Shown: positions 1 through 8,879 of the stretch, piece by piece
Position numbering within the stretch: position 1 is the first letter of the stretch
Layout: every line of letters starts with the position of its first letter
Assembly: GCA_036281075.1 (NCBI GenBank)
Contig: DASUPO010000113.1
Span: 7,767 to 71,766, forward strand
DNA length: 64,000 nucleotides
Origin: Actinomycetota bacterium
GTDB lineage: Bacteria; Actinomycetota; UBA4738; HRBIN12
Direction of reading: 5' to 3'
Notes under the pieces: generated by a model
Databases searched by the model: none
The model's input: only the letters and a program-made list of their open reading frames with translations
What the model was told of the DNA's origin: nothing
Program-made: the position numbers and the translations under genes

Positions 1-340
1 CCAGCAGCTGGACGAGATGGGGACGCACGTCGTGAACATGATCCGCACCGTGATGGAGGCGTTCCGCGCCCGCGACCTCGAGCTCTGCCTGAAGCTCCCG
101 AAGCTCGACGACCCGGTGGATCGGCTGAACCGCGCGACGCACCTGGAGGCGCTGAAGCTCGCCGACGACCCCCGCGCGCTCGACTGGGGGCTGCACATGA
201 ACCTCGCGGCCCGCGCGCTCGAACGGGTCGGCGACAACGCCGTCGACATCGCGGAGCAGGTGGGGTTCCTGATCACCGGTGAGTTCCGGGAGTTCACCGA
301 TGCGTCGCACGACGTCACGGTCACGGAGGGGGAGGAGTGA
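1..340 (+). CDS. phoU: PhoU phosphate-uptake regulator, C-terminal part (5' end outside window)
   Basis: The frame is open from the window edge (QQLDEM...). It shows a PhoU helical-repeat pattern (DPVDRLN ... ALERVGDNAVDIAEQVGF). The stop TGA at 338-340 overlaps the next gene's GTG at 337. Confidence 0.8.
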   Translation, partial: QQLDEMGTHVVNMIRTVMEAFRARDLELCLKLPKLDDPVDRLNRATHLEALKLADDPRALDWGLHMNLAARALERVGDNAVDIAEQVGFLITGEFREFTDASHDVTVTEGEE

Positions 341-1038
341 GCGGCGACGGAGGAGCCACCCGCATCCTGGTCGTCGAGGACGAGGGATCGCTCGCGGACA
401 CGGTCCGCTACAGCCTCGAGCGCGAGGGCTACGTCGTCGCGATCGCGTCGGACGGGCGCCGGGCCTTGGATCGGTTCCAGACCGAGCACCCGTCGCTCGT
501 GATCCTCGACCTGATGTTGCCCGAGATGTCCGGGCTCGACGTTTGCCGGCAGATCCGCCAGGTGTCCACGGTCCCGATCATCATGGTCACGGCCAAGGAC
601 TCCGAGGCGGACAAGGTCTCCGGACTCGAGATCGGGGCCGACGACTACGTCACGAAGCCGTTCTCGGTGCGTGAGCTCGTCTCCCGGGTCCGCGCGCATC
701 TCCGGCGCGCGGGGATGCGCGAGGAGGCGCCCGCCGACGAGATCCTCATCGGCGGCCCGGTCGAGCTCGACACCGCGAAGCACGAGGTGGTCGTGCGGGG
801 AGAACGGATCGGCTTCCCCCCCAAGGAGTTCGAGCTCCTGGAAACGTTCCTGCGACGGCAGGGGCGACTCCTGACTCGCGACTACCTGATCGAAGAGGTC
901 TGGGGCCCCGGGTACTTCGGGGACACGAAGACCCTGGACGTGCACATCAAGCGGATCCGGAACAAGGTGGAGGAGGACCCGCACAAGCCCGCCCACGTCG
1001 TGACGATCCGCGGGCTCGGATACAAGTTCGTCGGCTGA
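337..1038 (+). CDS. OmpR/PhoB-family response regulator (RegX3/PhoP-like)
   Basis: Receiver motifs: ILVVEDE, LVILDLMLPEMSG, IIMVTAKD, GADDYVTKPF. C-terminal winged-helix motifs: TLDVHIKRIRNK, RGLGYKF. The start forms a GTGA overlap with phoU. Confidence 0.9.
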   Translation: MSGDGGATRILVVEDEGSLADTVRYSLEREGYVVAIASDGRRALDRFQTEHPSLVILDLMLPEMSGLDVCRQIRQVSTVPIIMVTAKDSEADKVSGLEIGADDYVTKPFSVRELVSRVRAHLRRAGMREEAPADEILIGGPVELDTAKHEVVVRGERIGFPPKEFELLETFLRRQGRLLTRDYLIEEVWGPGYFGDTKTLDVHIKRIRNKVEEDPHKPAHVVTIRGLGYKFVG

Positions 1039-1132
1039 CGGCGCGCCAGGATGCCATTCACCAGACGGCCTCGCGAACGGATCCAGGGCCACTGGCTCCG
1101 GCGGCGCAAGACCGGCTAGCATCCCTTCTCCG

Positions 1133-3175
1133 ATGCTCGATGCGCTTCCCCGCACCGAACGGTTCCTGAACCGAGAGCTCTCCTGGCTCGAGTTCGATGC
1201 CCGCGTGCTGGCCCTCGCCGAGGACAGGTCCCAACGGCTCCTCGAGCGCGCGAAGTTCCTCGCGATCTTCGGGACGAACCTGGACGAGTTCTTCCAGGTC
1301 CGGGTCGCGGGTCTCCAGGAGCAGCGGGAGGCAGGGGTCGGGTCGGCCACGCCGGAAGGCCTCACGCCCGAGGAGCAGCTGGCAGGGATCCGGAGCCGAG
1401 TCGTGGAACTCATGGCGCGCGCCGATCGGCTCTGGAACGACGACCTCCGGTTGGCGCTCGAGAAGGAGCGGGTGCGGATCGTGCAGTGGGCCGACCTGGA
1501 CCGCCACGATCGCGAGCATCTGGACACCCTGTTCCTCGAGCGCGTGTACCCGGTGCTCACGCCGCTCTCGGTCGACCCCGCCCACCCGTTCCCGTACATC
1601 TCGTCGCTCTCGCTGAACCTCGCCGCTCTCGTCCGCGACCCTTCCAGCGGGGAGCGTCGCTTCGCGCGCGTGAAGGTTCCGCCGCTGCTGCCCCGGTTCC
1701 TGGAGCTTCCGGACGGGGAACGCTTCGTTCCGATCGAGCAGGCGATCGCCGCGCACCTCGACGTCCTGTTCCCCGGCATGGAGATCCTCGGTCACTCCAC
1801 GTTCCGACTCACGCGCGATGCGGACTTCGAGCTGGAGGAGGACGAGGGCGGCGACCTCCTCGAGGCGATCGAGTCGGTGCTGCGGCGGCGGCTCCGGGGC
1901 GCGACGCCCGTCCGGCTGGAACTCGACGGGACGACCACCGACGAGGTCCGCTTCCTGCTGATGCGCGAGCTGTCGCTCTCGAGCGACGAGGTGTACGTGG
2001 TCGCCGGACTCCTCGATGCCTCGGCGCTCTGGTCCCTGCACGAGCTCGAGCGGCCGGATCTCAAGGACGATCCGTGGAGCCCGGTCACGCAGCCGAGGTT
2101 GGCCGACGTCACCGACTTCTTCGCGCTGCTGTCTGCGGGCGATCTGCTCGTCCACCACCCCTACGACTCCTTCGAGACCTCGGTCGAGGCCTTCATCGAG
2201 CACGCGGCCCAGGACCCCGCGGTGCTGGCGATCAAGCTCGCGCTCTACCGCACGTCCCAGGAGAGCCCGATCGTGCAGGCGCTCGTGCGCGCGGCCGAGG
2301 CCGGCAAGCAGGTCGCCGCGCTCGTCGAGCTGCAGGCTCGCTTCGACGAGCGGGCGAACATCACGCAGGCGCGCACGCTGGAGCAGGCGGGGGTGCACGT
2401 CGTGTACGGCGTCGTCGGGCTGAAGACGCACGCGAAGATCTGTCTCGTCGTGCGGCGAGAGGTCTCGGGGCTCCGCCGCTACGCGCACGTCGGCACGGGG
2501 AACTACAACCCGAGCACCGCCCGGATCTACGAGGACGTCGGGTTGCTGACGGCCGACCCCGATCTCGGCGCGGACCTGAGCGACGTGTTCAACCTCTTGA
2601 CCGGCTACAGCCGCCAGCAGCGGTATCGCCGGCTGCTCGTCGCGCCCTCGACCCTGAAGCAGGCCGTGGTCGGGTTCATCCGCGAGGAGGCGGAGGCGGG
2701 GGACGGGTCGATCGTCCTCAAGGTGAACAGCCTGGTCGACGCGGAGACGATCGACGCGCTCTACGAGGCGTCGAGCCAGGGCGTGGAGGTCGACCTGATC
2801 GTCCGCGGCATCTGCTGTCTGCGTCCCGGCGTGCCCGGATTGTCGGAGCACATCCGAGTGCGATCGATCGTCGGCCGGTACCTCGAGCACTCCAGGATCC
2901 TTCGTTTCGGGAGCGAGGACCGCGGGTTCCGGTACTTCATCGGCTCGGCGGACCTGATGCCCCGCAACCTCGAACGGCGCGTCGAGGTCACGGTCCCGGT
3001 GCAGGATCCCGGCCTGTGCGACCGTCTGGACGAGATCCTGCAGACGTGTCTCGCGGACGATGTCCTCGCATGGGAGCTGAGCGGCGACGGAGCGTGGGCG
3101 AAGGTCCCGACGGAGCGGGGCGTGAACGCGCAGGAGCGCCTGATCAGCCTCGCGAAGGAACGGGTGGCCGGATGA
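1133..3175 (+). CDS. ppk: Polyphosphate kinase 1
   Basis: 680 aa. N-terminus FLNRELSWLEFDARVL...LDEFFQVRVAG; central HVVYG..GLKTHAKI (phospho-His region); C-terminal RYLEHSRI and SADLMPRNL. Confidence 0.95.
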   Translation: MLDALPRTERFLNRELSWLEFDARVLALAEDRSQRLLERAKFLAIFGTNLDEFFQVRVAGLQEQREAGVGSATPEGLTPEEQLAGIRSRVVELMARADRLWNDDLRLALEKERVRIVQWADLDRHDREHLDTLFLERVYPVLTPLSVDPAHPFPYISSLSLNLAALVRDPSSGERRFARVKVPPLLPRFLELPDGERFVPIEQAIAAHLDVLFPGMEILGHSTFRLTRDADFELEEDEGGDLLEAIESVLRRRLRGATPVRLELDGTTTDEVRFLLMRELSLSSDEVYVVAGLLDASALWSLHELERPDLKDDPWSPVTQPRLADVTDFFALLSAGDLLVHHPYDSFETSVEAFIEHAAQDPAVLAIKLALYRTSQESPIVQALVRAAEAGKQVAALVELQARFDERANITQARTLEQAGVHVVYGVVGLKTHAKICLVVRREVSGLRRYAHVGTGNYNPSTARIYEDVGLLTADPDLGADLSDVFNLLTGYSRQQRYRRLLVAPSTLKQAVVGFIREEAEAGDGSIVLKVNSLVDAETIDALYEASSQGVEVDLIVRGICCLRPGVPGLSEHIRVRSIVGRYLEHSRILRFGSEDRGFRYFIGSADLMPRNLERRVEVTVPVQDPGLCDRLDEILQTCLADDVLAWELSGDGAWAKVPTERGVNAQERLISLAKERVAG

Positions 3176-4089
3176 CCTCGCGTCAGGATCCGGCGAGGGA
3201 GGTCGACAGGTTGCGGGCGCTGGAGGCGTCGGCCGTCGACTCCGTCCGTGACGTCGTGCAGCGGGCGATCGTCACGTCGACCCTCCGCCTCGTCTCGGCC
3301 GAACCGGTCCTCCGAGCGGATGTTGATCCGGAAGGCGTCCACGCGGCGCGGGTGACGGTGCGCCGGCTCCGGTCGGACCTGCGCACCTTCCGACACCTGC
3401 TCGACGAGGAGCGGACGCGACCGCTTCGAGCCGAGCTCGAGTGGTTGGGCGACGTCCTCGGCTCGGTCCGCGAGGTGGACGTGCTCCGGGACCGGGTGCG
3501 GCGACGGCTCCGCGAGGCGCCGAGCGAGCTGACACCCGCGAAGGTCCTGGTGGAGGACCTCGAGTCCCAACGGATCGACGCGTTCCGGCGGCTCGTCGAC
3601 GCGATCGACTCGCCACGGTACGCGGACGTGATCGAAGCCCTCATGGCGGCGGCCTGGGAGCCGCCGGTGGGTGCCCCCGGTGACCTCCCCGCGGTGGATG
3701 CGGCTCGGTCGATGGATCGACCGTGGTCGGCGCTCCGCCGGAGCGCCGGTCGCCTGGGACCGGACTCCAGCGATCGCGCCCTCCACGAGGTCCGCATCCG
3801 CGCGAAGCGCGTCCGGTACGGGGCCGAGGCGCTGGGCCCCGTCTTCGGGAAGCCCGCGCGCCGCTTCGCGTCGTCCGCGAAGAAGTTGCAAGGGCGATTG
3901 GGGGACCATCAGGATGCCGTCGTGGCGGTCTCCTGGCTGACGGAAGCGGCCCTCGATTCCGATGATCCCGGCGTCGCGTTCGCCGCGGGTCGGCTCGCGG
4001 AGCAGGAGTCCGCCGACCGGGATCGCGCGAGGGAACGCTGGCCTCGCGCGTGGAAGGCGCTGCGCGACGAGAAGACGTTCTGGACGTGA
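3172..4089 (+). CDS. CHAD-domain protein (polyphosphate-granule associated family)
   Basis: This is the last 305 aa of track ORF 1486..4089, starting at the ATG that overlaps the ppk stop (ATGA). It carries repeated His/Arg helices: HAARVTVRRLRSDLRTF and HEVRIRAKRVRYGAEAL. Confidence 0.85.
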   Translation: MTSRQDPAREVDRLRALEASAVDSVRDVVQRAIVTSTLRLVSAEPVLRADVDPEGVHAARVTVRRLRSDLRTFRHLLDEERTRPLRAELEWLGDVLGSVREVDVLRDRVRRRLREAPSELTPAKVLVEDLESQRIDAFRRLVDAIDSPRYADVIEALMAAAWEPPVGAPGDLPAVDAARSMDRPWSALRRSAGRLGPDSSDRALHEVRIRAKRVRYGAEALGPVFGKPARRFASSAKKLQGRLGDHQDAVVAVSWLTEAALDSDDPGVAFAAGRLAEQESADRDRARERWPRAWKALRDEKTFWT

Positions 4090-4952
4090 CCGGCGAGGTG
4101 CGCGCCGCCGGGGGGGTCGTTCTTCGACGCGCCGACGGCCACGCCCAGACGGTCCTCGTCCATCGGCCCCGGTACGACGACTGGTCGTTCCCGAAGGGCA
4201 AGCTGCACGACGGGGAATCGTTCCTCGATGCCGCGATCCGCGAGGTGCGCGAGGAGACGGGGCTGACGCCCCGGGTCGGCGCCGAACTGCCGGCCTCCAC
4301 GTACCAGGACCAGCACGGAGCGCCGAAGCTCGTCCGGTACTGGTTGATGGAGGCGCTCGACGGCCGCGATCCGCGTCCGACGCAGGAGGTGGACGAGGCC
4401 AAATGGGTTCCGCTCGACGGGGCCGGCGCGATGCTCACGTACGACCGTGATCGGGAGATGCTCGATGCGATCCTCGCGCGCGATGGGACCGCCTACGTCG
4501 TGCGGCACGCCAAGGCCGGCGACCGGCGGGAGTGGCCGGGCGACGACCGGCTCCGGCCCCTGTCGAAACCGGGTCGGCGCCAGGCCCGGGGGCTGGCGCG
4601 CTTCTTCGACGGTCGATCCATCGATCGGATCCTCAGCAGCCCAGCGGTGCGATGCGTCGAGACGGTGCGAACCCTGGCCGAGAGCCGCTCCCTCGCCGTC
4701 GAGCTCCATGAGGAGTTCGAGGAGGGTGCGTCGTTGGAGGGGGCGCTCCACCTGCTCGACCGGTTGGCGTCCGAGGACGCCGTCCTCTGCGGGCACGGCG
4801 ACCTGATCCCGGCCGCCATCGATCATCTGGAGGGCCGAGGCGCCGTGGTCATCGGTCAGCGGAACTGGAAGAAGGGATCGATCTGGATCCTCGAACGGGA
4901 GGCGGGCCTCGTCGTCAGAGCGCGCTCCGTCCCGCCGATCCACCCCGTGTAG
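4050..4952 (+). CDS. Nudix hydrolase fused to a histidine phosphatase (SixA/PGAM-type), MutT1-like architecture
   Basis: Nudix box GKLHDGESFLDAAIREVREETGL. The C-terminal half has VVRHAKAG (RHG-type motif) and ...CGHGD. The real start is probably GTG 4086, which overlaps the CHAD stop (GTGA). Confidence 0.8.
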   Translation: MEGAARREDVLDVTGEVRAAGGVVLRRADGHAQTVLVHRPRYDDWSFPKGKLHDGESFLDAAIREVREETGLTPRVGAELPASTYQDQHGAPKLVRYWLMEALDGRDPRPTQEVDEAKWVPLDGAGAMLTYDRDREMLDAILARDGTAYVVRHAKAGDRREWPGDDRLRPLSKPGRRQARGLARFFDGRSIDRILSSPAVRCVETVRTLAESRSLAVELHEEFEEGASLEGALHLLDRLASEDAVLCGHGDLIPAAIDHLEGRGAVVIGQRNWKKGSIWILEREAGLVVRARSVPPIHPV

Positions 4953-5087
4953 GTCCACCGCGTGCGGCCCATCCGCCTTGCCCTGCCGGGCCACCGGTGT
5001 TCGTCCCTCTCACTCGCCTCGCTGTTGCGGCCTCCGTCCCCCGCGTGATATCCAGCCTTCCGGCCGCCCAACCGAAAGGGCCGTGAC

Positions 5088-5714
5088 ATGCCGAAGTTCC
5101 GGTTCCGGTTCATCCCCCGTGATGAAGGATTCTTCGAGATGTTCGTTCGCCTCGCGATCAAGATCCAGGAGGCCGGTCTCGCGTACCAGGACCTGGTCGT
5201 CGACTACCAGAGCATCGACCGGAAGGCGGGTCGTCTCAAGGATCTCGAGCACGAAGCGGATGAGATCACCCATGAGATCATGAAGCGCCTGAACACCATC
5301 TTCGTCACCCCGCTCGACCACGAGGACATCCATCGACTCGCCTCCGGGCTCGACGATGTGATCGACCACATCGAGGCGGCGGCGGACCTGTTCCTGCTCC
5401 ACAAGATCGAACATCCCCTGCCGGAGATGAAGGAGCAGGCGGATGTGCTGGTCCAGACGTGCGCGGTCACGCGCACGGCCCTCGAGACGCTCCCGCGATA
5501 CCGGGAGCTCGAGCCTCATTGGGTCGAGGTCAACCGACTCGAGAACGAGGGGGATCGGATCTACCGACGTGCGATCGCCGGGTTGTTCAGCGGCGACCAC
5601 AAGGCGATGGACGTCCTGAAGTGGCGCGACGTGATCGATGAGGCGGAGGGAGCCATCGATCAGCTCGAGGACGTGTCGAACATGCTCGAGGCCATCGCCC
5701 TGAAGCACGCCTGA
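5088..5714 (+). CDS. DUF47 / PhoU_div-type phosphate transport regulator (Pit accessory)
   Basis: 208 aa, helical. Motifs HEADEITHEI and ENEGDRIYRRAI are typical of the YkaA/DUF47 family. The stop overlaps the Pit start by 1 nt (TGATG). Confidence 0.85.
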   Translation: MPKFRFRFIPRDEGFFEMFVRLAIKIQEAGLAYQDLVVDYQSIDRKAGRLKDLEHEADEITHEIMKRLNTIFVTPLDHEDIHRLASGLDDVIDHIEAAADLFLLHKIEHPLPEMKEQADVLVQTCAVTRTALETLPRYRELEPHWVEVNRLENEGDRIYRRAIAGLFSGDHKAMDVLKWRDVIDEAEGAIDQLEDVSNMLEAIALKHA

Positions 5715-6706
5715 TGGTCTGGTTCTGCCTCGGCCTGGCGTACCTGTTCGAGTTCGCGAACGGCTGGACCGACGCTCCGAACTCGATCGCGACGGTCGTG
5801 TCGACGCGCGTGATGCGGCCTCACCACGCCGTGTTGATGGCCGCGGCGATGAACCTGATCGGAGCGCTCGTCGTCGGGACGGCGGTCGCCGAGACGATCG
5901 CGGAAGGGATCGTGAACCCGGACTACGTCGGGCTGGACACCGTGGCGTCGGCCCTGCTCGCCGCCACGCTCTGGGCGGTTGCCGCGCAGGCCTTCGGACT
6001 GCCGTCGAGCGAGTCCCACGCGCTGATCGCCGGTCTCCTCGGCGCCGGCTTCGCCGCCGGCGGGCTCCAGGCCCTGGAATCCGAGGGCACGCAGGCCGCG
6101 CTCGTCGGCCTGGTCACGTCACCCGTGGGCGGATTCCTGATGGGGCTCGTGCTGATGGTGCTGATCTATCGCTTCTTCCACCGTGTCCGGCGCGCCCTCA
6201 TCACGCGCGTCTTCGGCAAGGCCCAGGTGGGCTCCGCAGCGTTCATGGCGTTCAGCCACGGGACGAACGACGCACAGAAGACGATGGGCATCATCGCCCT
6301 CACGATCGCGCTGAACGAGGCCGGGACCGCCGGGAACGTGGAGGACCTCACGATCGATCTCTGGATGATCGTGTCGGCGGCGCTCGTGATGGGGCTCGGC
6401 ACGATGGTCGGGGGGTGGCGGGTCGTCCGCACGATGGGGATGCGCATGACCCGCCTCGAGCCGGTCCAGGGCTTCGCGGCTGAGACGGGCGCCGCCACCG
6501 TGATCACGGCGGCCGCCAGCATCGGGATCCCCGTGTCGACGACACACGCGATCGGCTCCGCGATCATGGGAGTCGGGGCCACGAAGCGGTTCTCGGCGGT
6601 TCGGTGGGGGGTCGCGGGGCAGGTCGTGGCCGCGTGGGTCCTCACGTGGCCCTCGTGCGCGCTCCTCGGCTACCTCTTCCAGAAGGCGTTCTCCCTGTTC
6701 TCTTGA
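5714..6706 (+). CDS. pit: Inorganic phosphate transporter, PiT family
   Basis: Duplicated PiT signatures: ANGWTDAPNSIATVVSTR and FSHGTNDAQKTMGII. Polytopic membrane protein. Confidence 0.9.
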   Translation: MVWFCLGLAYLFEFANGWTDAPNSIATVVSTRVMRPHHAVLMAAAMNLIGALVVGTAVAETIAEGIVNPDYVGLDTVASALLAATLWAVAAQAFGLPSSESHALIAGLLGAGFAAGGLQALESEGTQAALVGLVTSPVGGFLMGLVLMVLIYRFFHRVRRALITRVFGKAQVGSAAFMAFSHGTNDAQKTMGIIALTIALNEAGTAGNVEDLTIDLWMIVSAALVMGLGTMVGGWRVVRTMGMRMTRLEPVQGFAAETGAATVITAAASIGIPVSTTHAIGSAIMGVGATKRFSAVRWGVAGQVVAAWVLTWPSCALLGYLFQKAFSLFS

Positions 6707-6752
6707 TCGGACCTGCCCGATCGCCGCTCGACGCTCGGGTACGCTCGCCGCC

Positions 6753-7727
6753 GTGGAAGCACGCATCGTCCGCGAGGGCTCGCCGGAGCCGGAACGGATC
6801 CCCCTCGACACCCTGCGTGAGCGCCTCTCCGCGCTGGCCGACGGCGAGTGGATCTGGGTGGACGGCGTCGAGCCGACCGAGGGCGAGCTCGCCCTGCTCG
6901 CGGAGCAGCTGAGGCTCCATGAGCTGGTGGTCGAGGACGTGCATCACCGGAACCAGCGGGCGAAGGTCGAGCTGTATCCGGAGCACGCATTCGCGGCGTT
7001 CCGTCCGCTCTCGCTCGGTGCAGACGGCCTGCTGGAGTCGGAGCTGTTCCTGATCGTCTCCGACCGGTGCGTGACGACCCTGCGGTTCCCACCCGTGTTC
7101 GACGTCTCCGGCGCCGAACGGCGGTGGCGGATGTTGGCCTCGATGGCACCCGGGACCGGCGCCGCGTTCTACGCGGTCGCCGACGAGGTCGCCGACGACT
7201 ACCTCGAGGTGGTGGAGGCGCTCGAGGACCGGGCGGACGAGCTTGAGGCCGAGGTGTTCGATTCCGACCCACGGGCGCGCGTGGGCGCGCCGTTGCAGCT
7301 CGACATCCTGCAGCTCCGACGGGACATGGTCCGGCTCCGTCGTCACGCGGTGCCGATGCGGCAGGCGATCGACCGCTTCGCCGACGACTCGCGGCTCGTC
7401 ACGCCGGCGCTCGTGCCCTACCTCCGGGACATCAGCGATCACCTGCTTCGGACGACCGAGCTCGCGGACGGCGTCCGTGACGTCCTCACGACGATCGTCG
7501 ACATCCGGATGGCGCAGTCCGCCCACCAGTTGAACGAGGTGATGAGGAAGCTCACGGCGTGGGCGGGCATCATCCTCGTGCCCACGCTGATCGCCGGGAT
7601 CTACGGGATGAACTTCGATCACATGCCGGAGCTGCACTGGACGCTCGGCTATCCGCTCGCGCTCGGCATGATGACCGCCTCGGCGGCCGCGCTGTACGGA
7701 TGGTTCCGGAAGCGGGGCTGGGTCTAG
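6753..7727 (+). CDS. corA: CorA-family Mg2+/Co2+ transporter
   Basis: The C-terminal region has two TM helices with the GMN motif (IAGIYGMNFDHMPEL). The size (324 aa) and the acidic N-terminal domain also fit. Confidence 0.9.
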   Translation: MEARIVREGSPEPERIPLDTLRERLSALADGEWIWVDGVEPTEGELALLAEQLRLHELVVEDVHHRNQRAKVELYPEHAFAAFRPLSLGADGLLESELFLIVSDRCVTTLRFPPVFDVSGAERRWRMLASMAPGTGAAFYAVADEVADDYLEVVEALEDRADELEAEVFDSDPRARVGAPLQLDILQLRRDMVRLRRHAVPMRQAIDRFADDSRLVTPALVPYLRDISDHLLRTTELADGVRDVLTTIVDIRMAQSAHQLNEVMRKLTAWAGIILVPTLIAGIYGMNFDHMPELHWTLGYPLALGMMTASAAALYGWFRKRGWV

Positions 7728-7729
7728 CG

Positions 7730-8068
7730 ATGTGTCGGGCGATGAAGGTGCTGTGCGTGGCTGCGGACGCCGCCTCGCTCAGGGCGCTCCGACTCGCGGC
7801 CACGGCGGCCGAGTGGGAGCTCACACCGGGGGCGACGAACGAGACGGACGCCCTCGGCCTGGTGGACGCCGAGCGCCCGCAGGCCGTGGTGGCGTTCGGA
7901 CCGTACGAGCGGCTGATCGAGCTGGTGCGGGAGCGCTTCCCGGCGATGCGGATCGTCACGGACCGGGAGACGCCCTGGGCGAGCGCCGTGGCGGCGTCGC
8001 ACGACGACGTGCGAGGGCTGCTCCGGGCGCTCGCCCGTCCAGGCGGCCCGATCCTCAGTGCCGAGTGA
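7730..8068 (+). CDS. Hypothetical protein, degenerate receiver-like fold
   Basis: Internal ATG of track ORF 7559..8068, 2 nt after the corA stop. MKVLCVAADAASLRAL... has a beta-alpha alternation like a CheY receiver but no obvious phospho-acceptor Asp. The upstream part of the track ORF lies inside corA in another frame. Confidence 0.4.
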   Translation: MCRAMKVLCVAADAASLRALRLAATAAEWELTPGATNETDALGLVDAERPQAVVAFGPYERLIELVRERFPAMRIVTDRETPWASAVAASHDDVRGLLRALARPGGPILSAE

Positions 8069-8072
8069 GCCC

Positions 8073-8543
8073 TCAGAGACTCCAGGGCTCCCATCCGTAG
8101 CGACGTACCATCCGCATCGTGACGAGGATGTTCGCTCGGGCGTCGAACACGGACCAGTCCGCGGATCCGAAATCGACAGCCCGCTCCGGCCAGTACTTGA
8201 GCAGATGCTGGTAGATCCCCGCCGCCTCGCCTTCTTCGTTGTACGCGGTTGGTTGGTACCGGGACTCCCTCCACGCGATGTAGAGCGCATCGTCCTCGTC
8301 GATCCCGTAATGCGATGCGGCGCACCGGATCAGCTGCTTGAGGTGCCAGGTGCTCCGCTGCCAATCGATGGGGCAGAGGCCGGACGGGCCCGCGCGGTCG
8401 ATCTCTCGATTCGCGACCCGAGGCGGTGCGTTCAAGATCGTATCGCGTGGCTGGTCTTTCGCCTCGGACGTGATGCTGGGGATGCCCATGATGAGGGCGA
8501 CCAGGATCGTGAACCCGATCAGTACGCGGCTGCGGCGGACCAT
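8073..8543 (-). CDS. Secreted/anchored SLT-type lytic transglycosylase domain protein
   Basis: From MVRRSRVLIGFTILVALIMGI (signal/anchor). SLT-like catalytic region YIAWRESRYQPTAYN...AAGIYQHL. An alternative upstream start near 8669 is possible. Confidence 0.6.
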   Translation of the reverse strand: MVRRSRVLIGFTILVALIMGIPSITSEAKDQPRDTILNAPPRVANREIDRAGPSGLCPIDWQRSTWHLKQLIRCAASHYGIDEDDALYIAWRESRYQPTAYNEEGEAAGIYQHLLKYWPERAVDFGSADWSVFDARANILVTMRMVRRYGWEPWSL

Positions 8544-8879
8544 CGTGGTGATCCACGGCGCAACGGACGGCGCCTCGTGTCGTCCCCGAGGAGGTCGTCT
8601 CGACACACCCCCGCCACCCCGCGATCCGGTGCGGGTGTCGGCGCCGCCTCCTGGCATCGTTCTCCTCATACCTGCCTCTCCGGCGGCCTCGGAGCTCCTC
8701 GGAGCACGCATGCGCGCACGACGAACACACTCTGGGAAGGTAGGAAGCGCGCGTCGTGCGCAGGGGGACCGGGCCACTCGGTCCGAAGCCGACGACTCAC
8801 CCTAGCCGGGCCCAGTGACGTACGGCAACCCGGCTGTGTGGAGGGCTGGCCCGGAGCCCGTCGCCGGTACGATGGGTGC

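Noticed and set aside
1058-2890. Very long ORFs antisense or out of frame to recognised genes. Examples: 1058..2890(-) over ppk; 1486..3171(+) before the CHAD start; 16125..19172(-) over cphA; 21583..24039(-); 37768..39729(+); 39522..41114(+); 46653..49172(+); 48187..50418(-); 51555..53780(-); 57084..58406(+); 61214..62806(-).
   Set aside because: Their translations are Arg/Pro/Gly/Ala/Asp-rich low-complexity strings with no family motifs. Each lies opposite or out of frame to an ORF with unmistakable conserved motifs. This is the expected shadow-ORF behaviour of ~70% GC DNA, where stop codons are rare.
4953-5087. Pho-box direct repeats and a TTGCGG-N16-GATATC promoter upstream of the DUF47/Pit pair.
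   Set aside because: Matches to the 11-nt GTTCACC-type repeat units are weak (GTTCGTCCCTC / TCACTCGCCTC), and the -35/-10 hexamers are poor. This is not enough to call a feature.
6707-6752. An M-box (Mg2+ riboswitch) upstream of corA or of the MgtE-like operon (12845-13088).
   Set aside because: The corA spacer is only 46 nt. The MgtE-like leader is long enough, but I could not find M-box consensus elements. It is reported instead as an unexplained leader.
8544-8777. An N-terminal extension of the SLT-like protein (the track ORF starts at 8777).
   Set aside because: The extension is Arg/Gly-rich with lower third-position GC (about 70% by hand tally). It precedes a typical signal/anchor sequence beginning at MVRRSRVL. 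An intermediate start near 8669 remains possible.
8544-8879. A possible c-di-AMP (ydaO-type) riboswitch upstream of the SLT-like cell-wall hydrolase gene, as seen before rpf or hydrolase genes in Actinobacteria.
   Set aside because: I read the - strand of the 336-nt spacer. I did not find the conserved cores (ACGGGGA..CC, CCCGAA..CCGACAGCUAACCUCGUAAGCG-type strings), only a local GC hairpin (CGACACCCGC...GCGGGGGTGTGTCG). A covariance-model scan would be needed to be sure.
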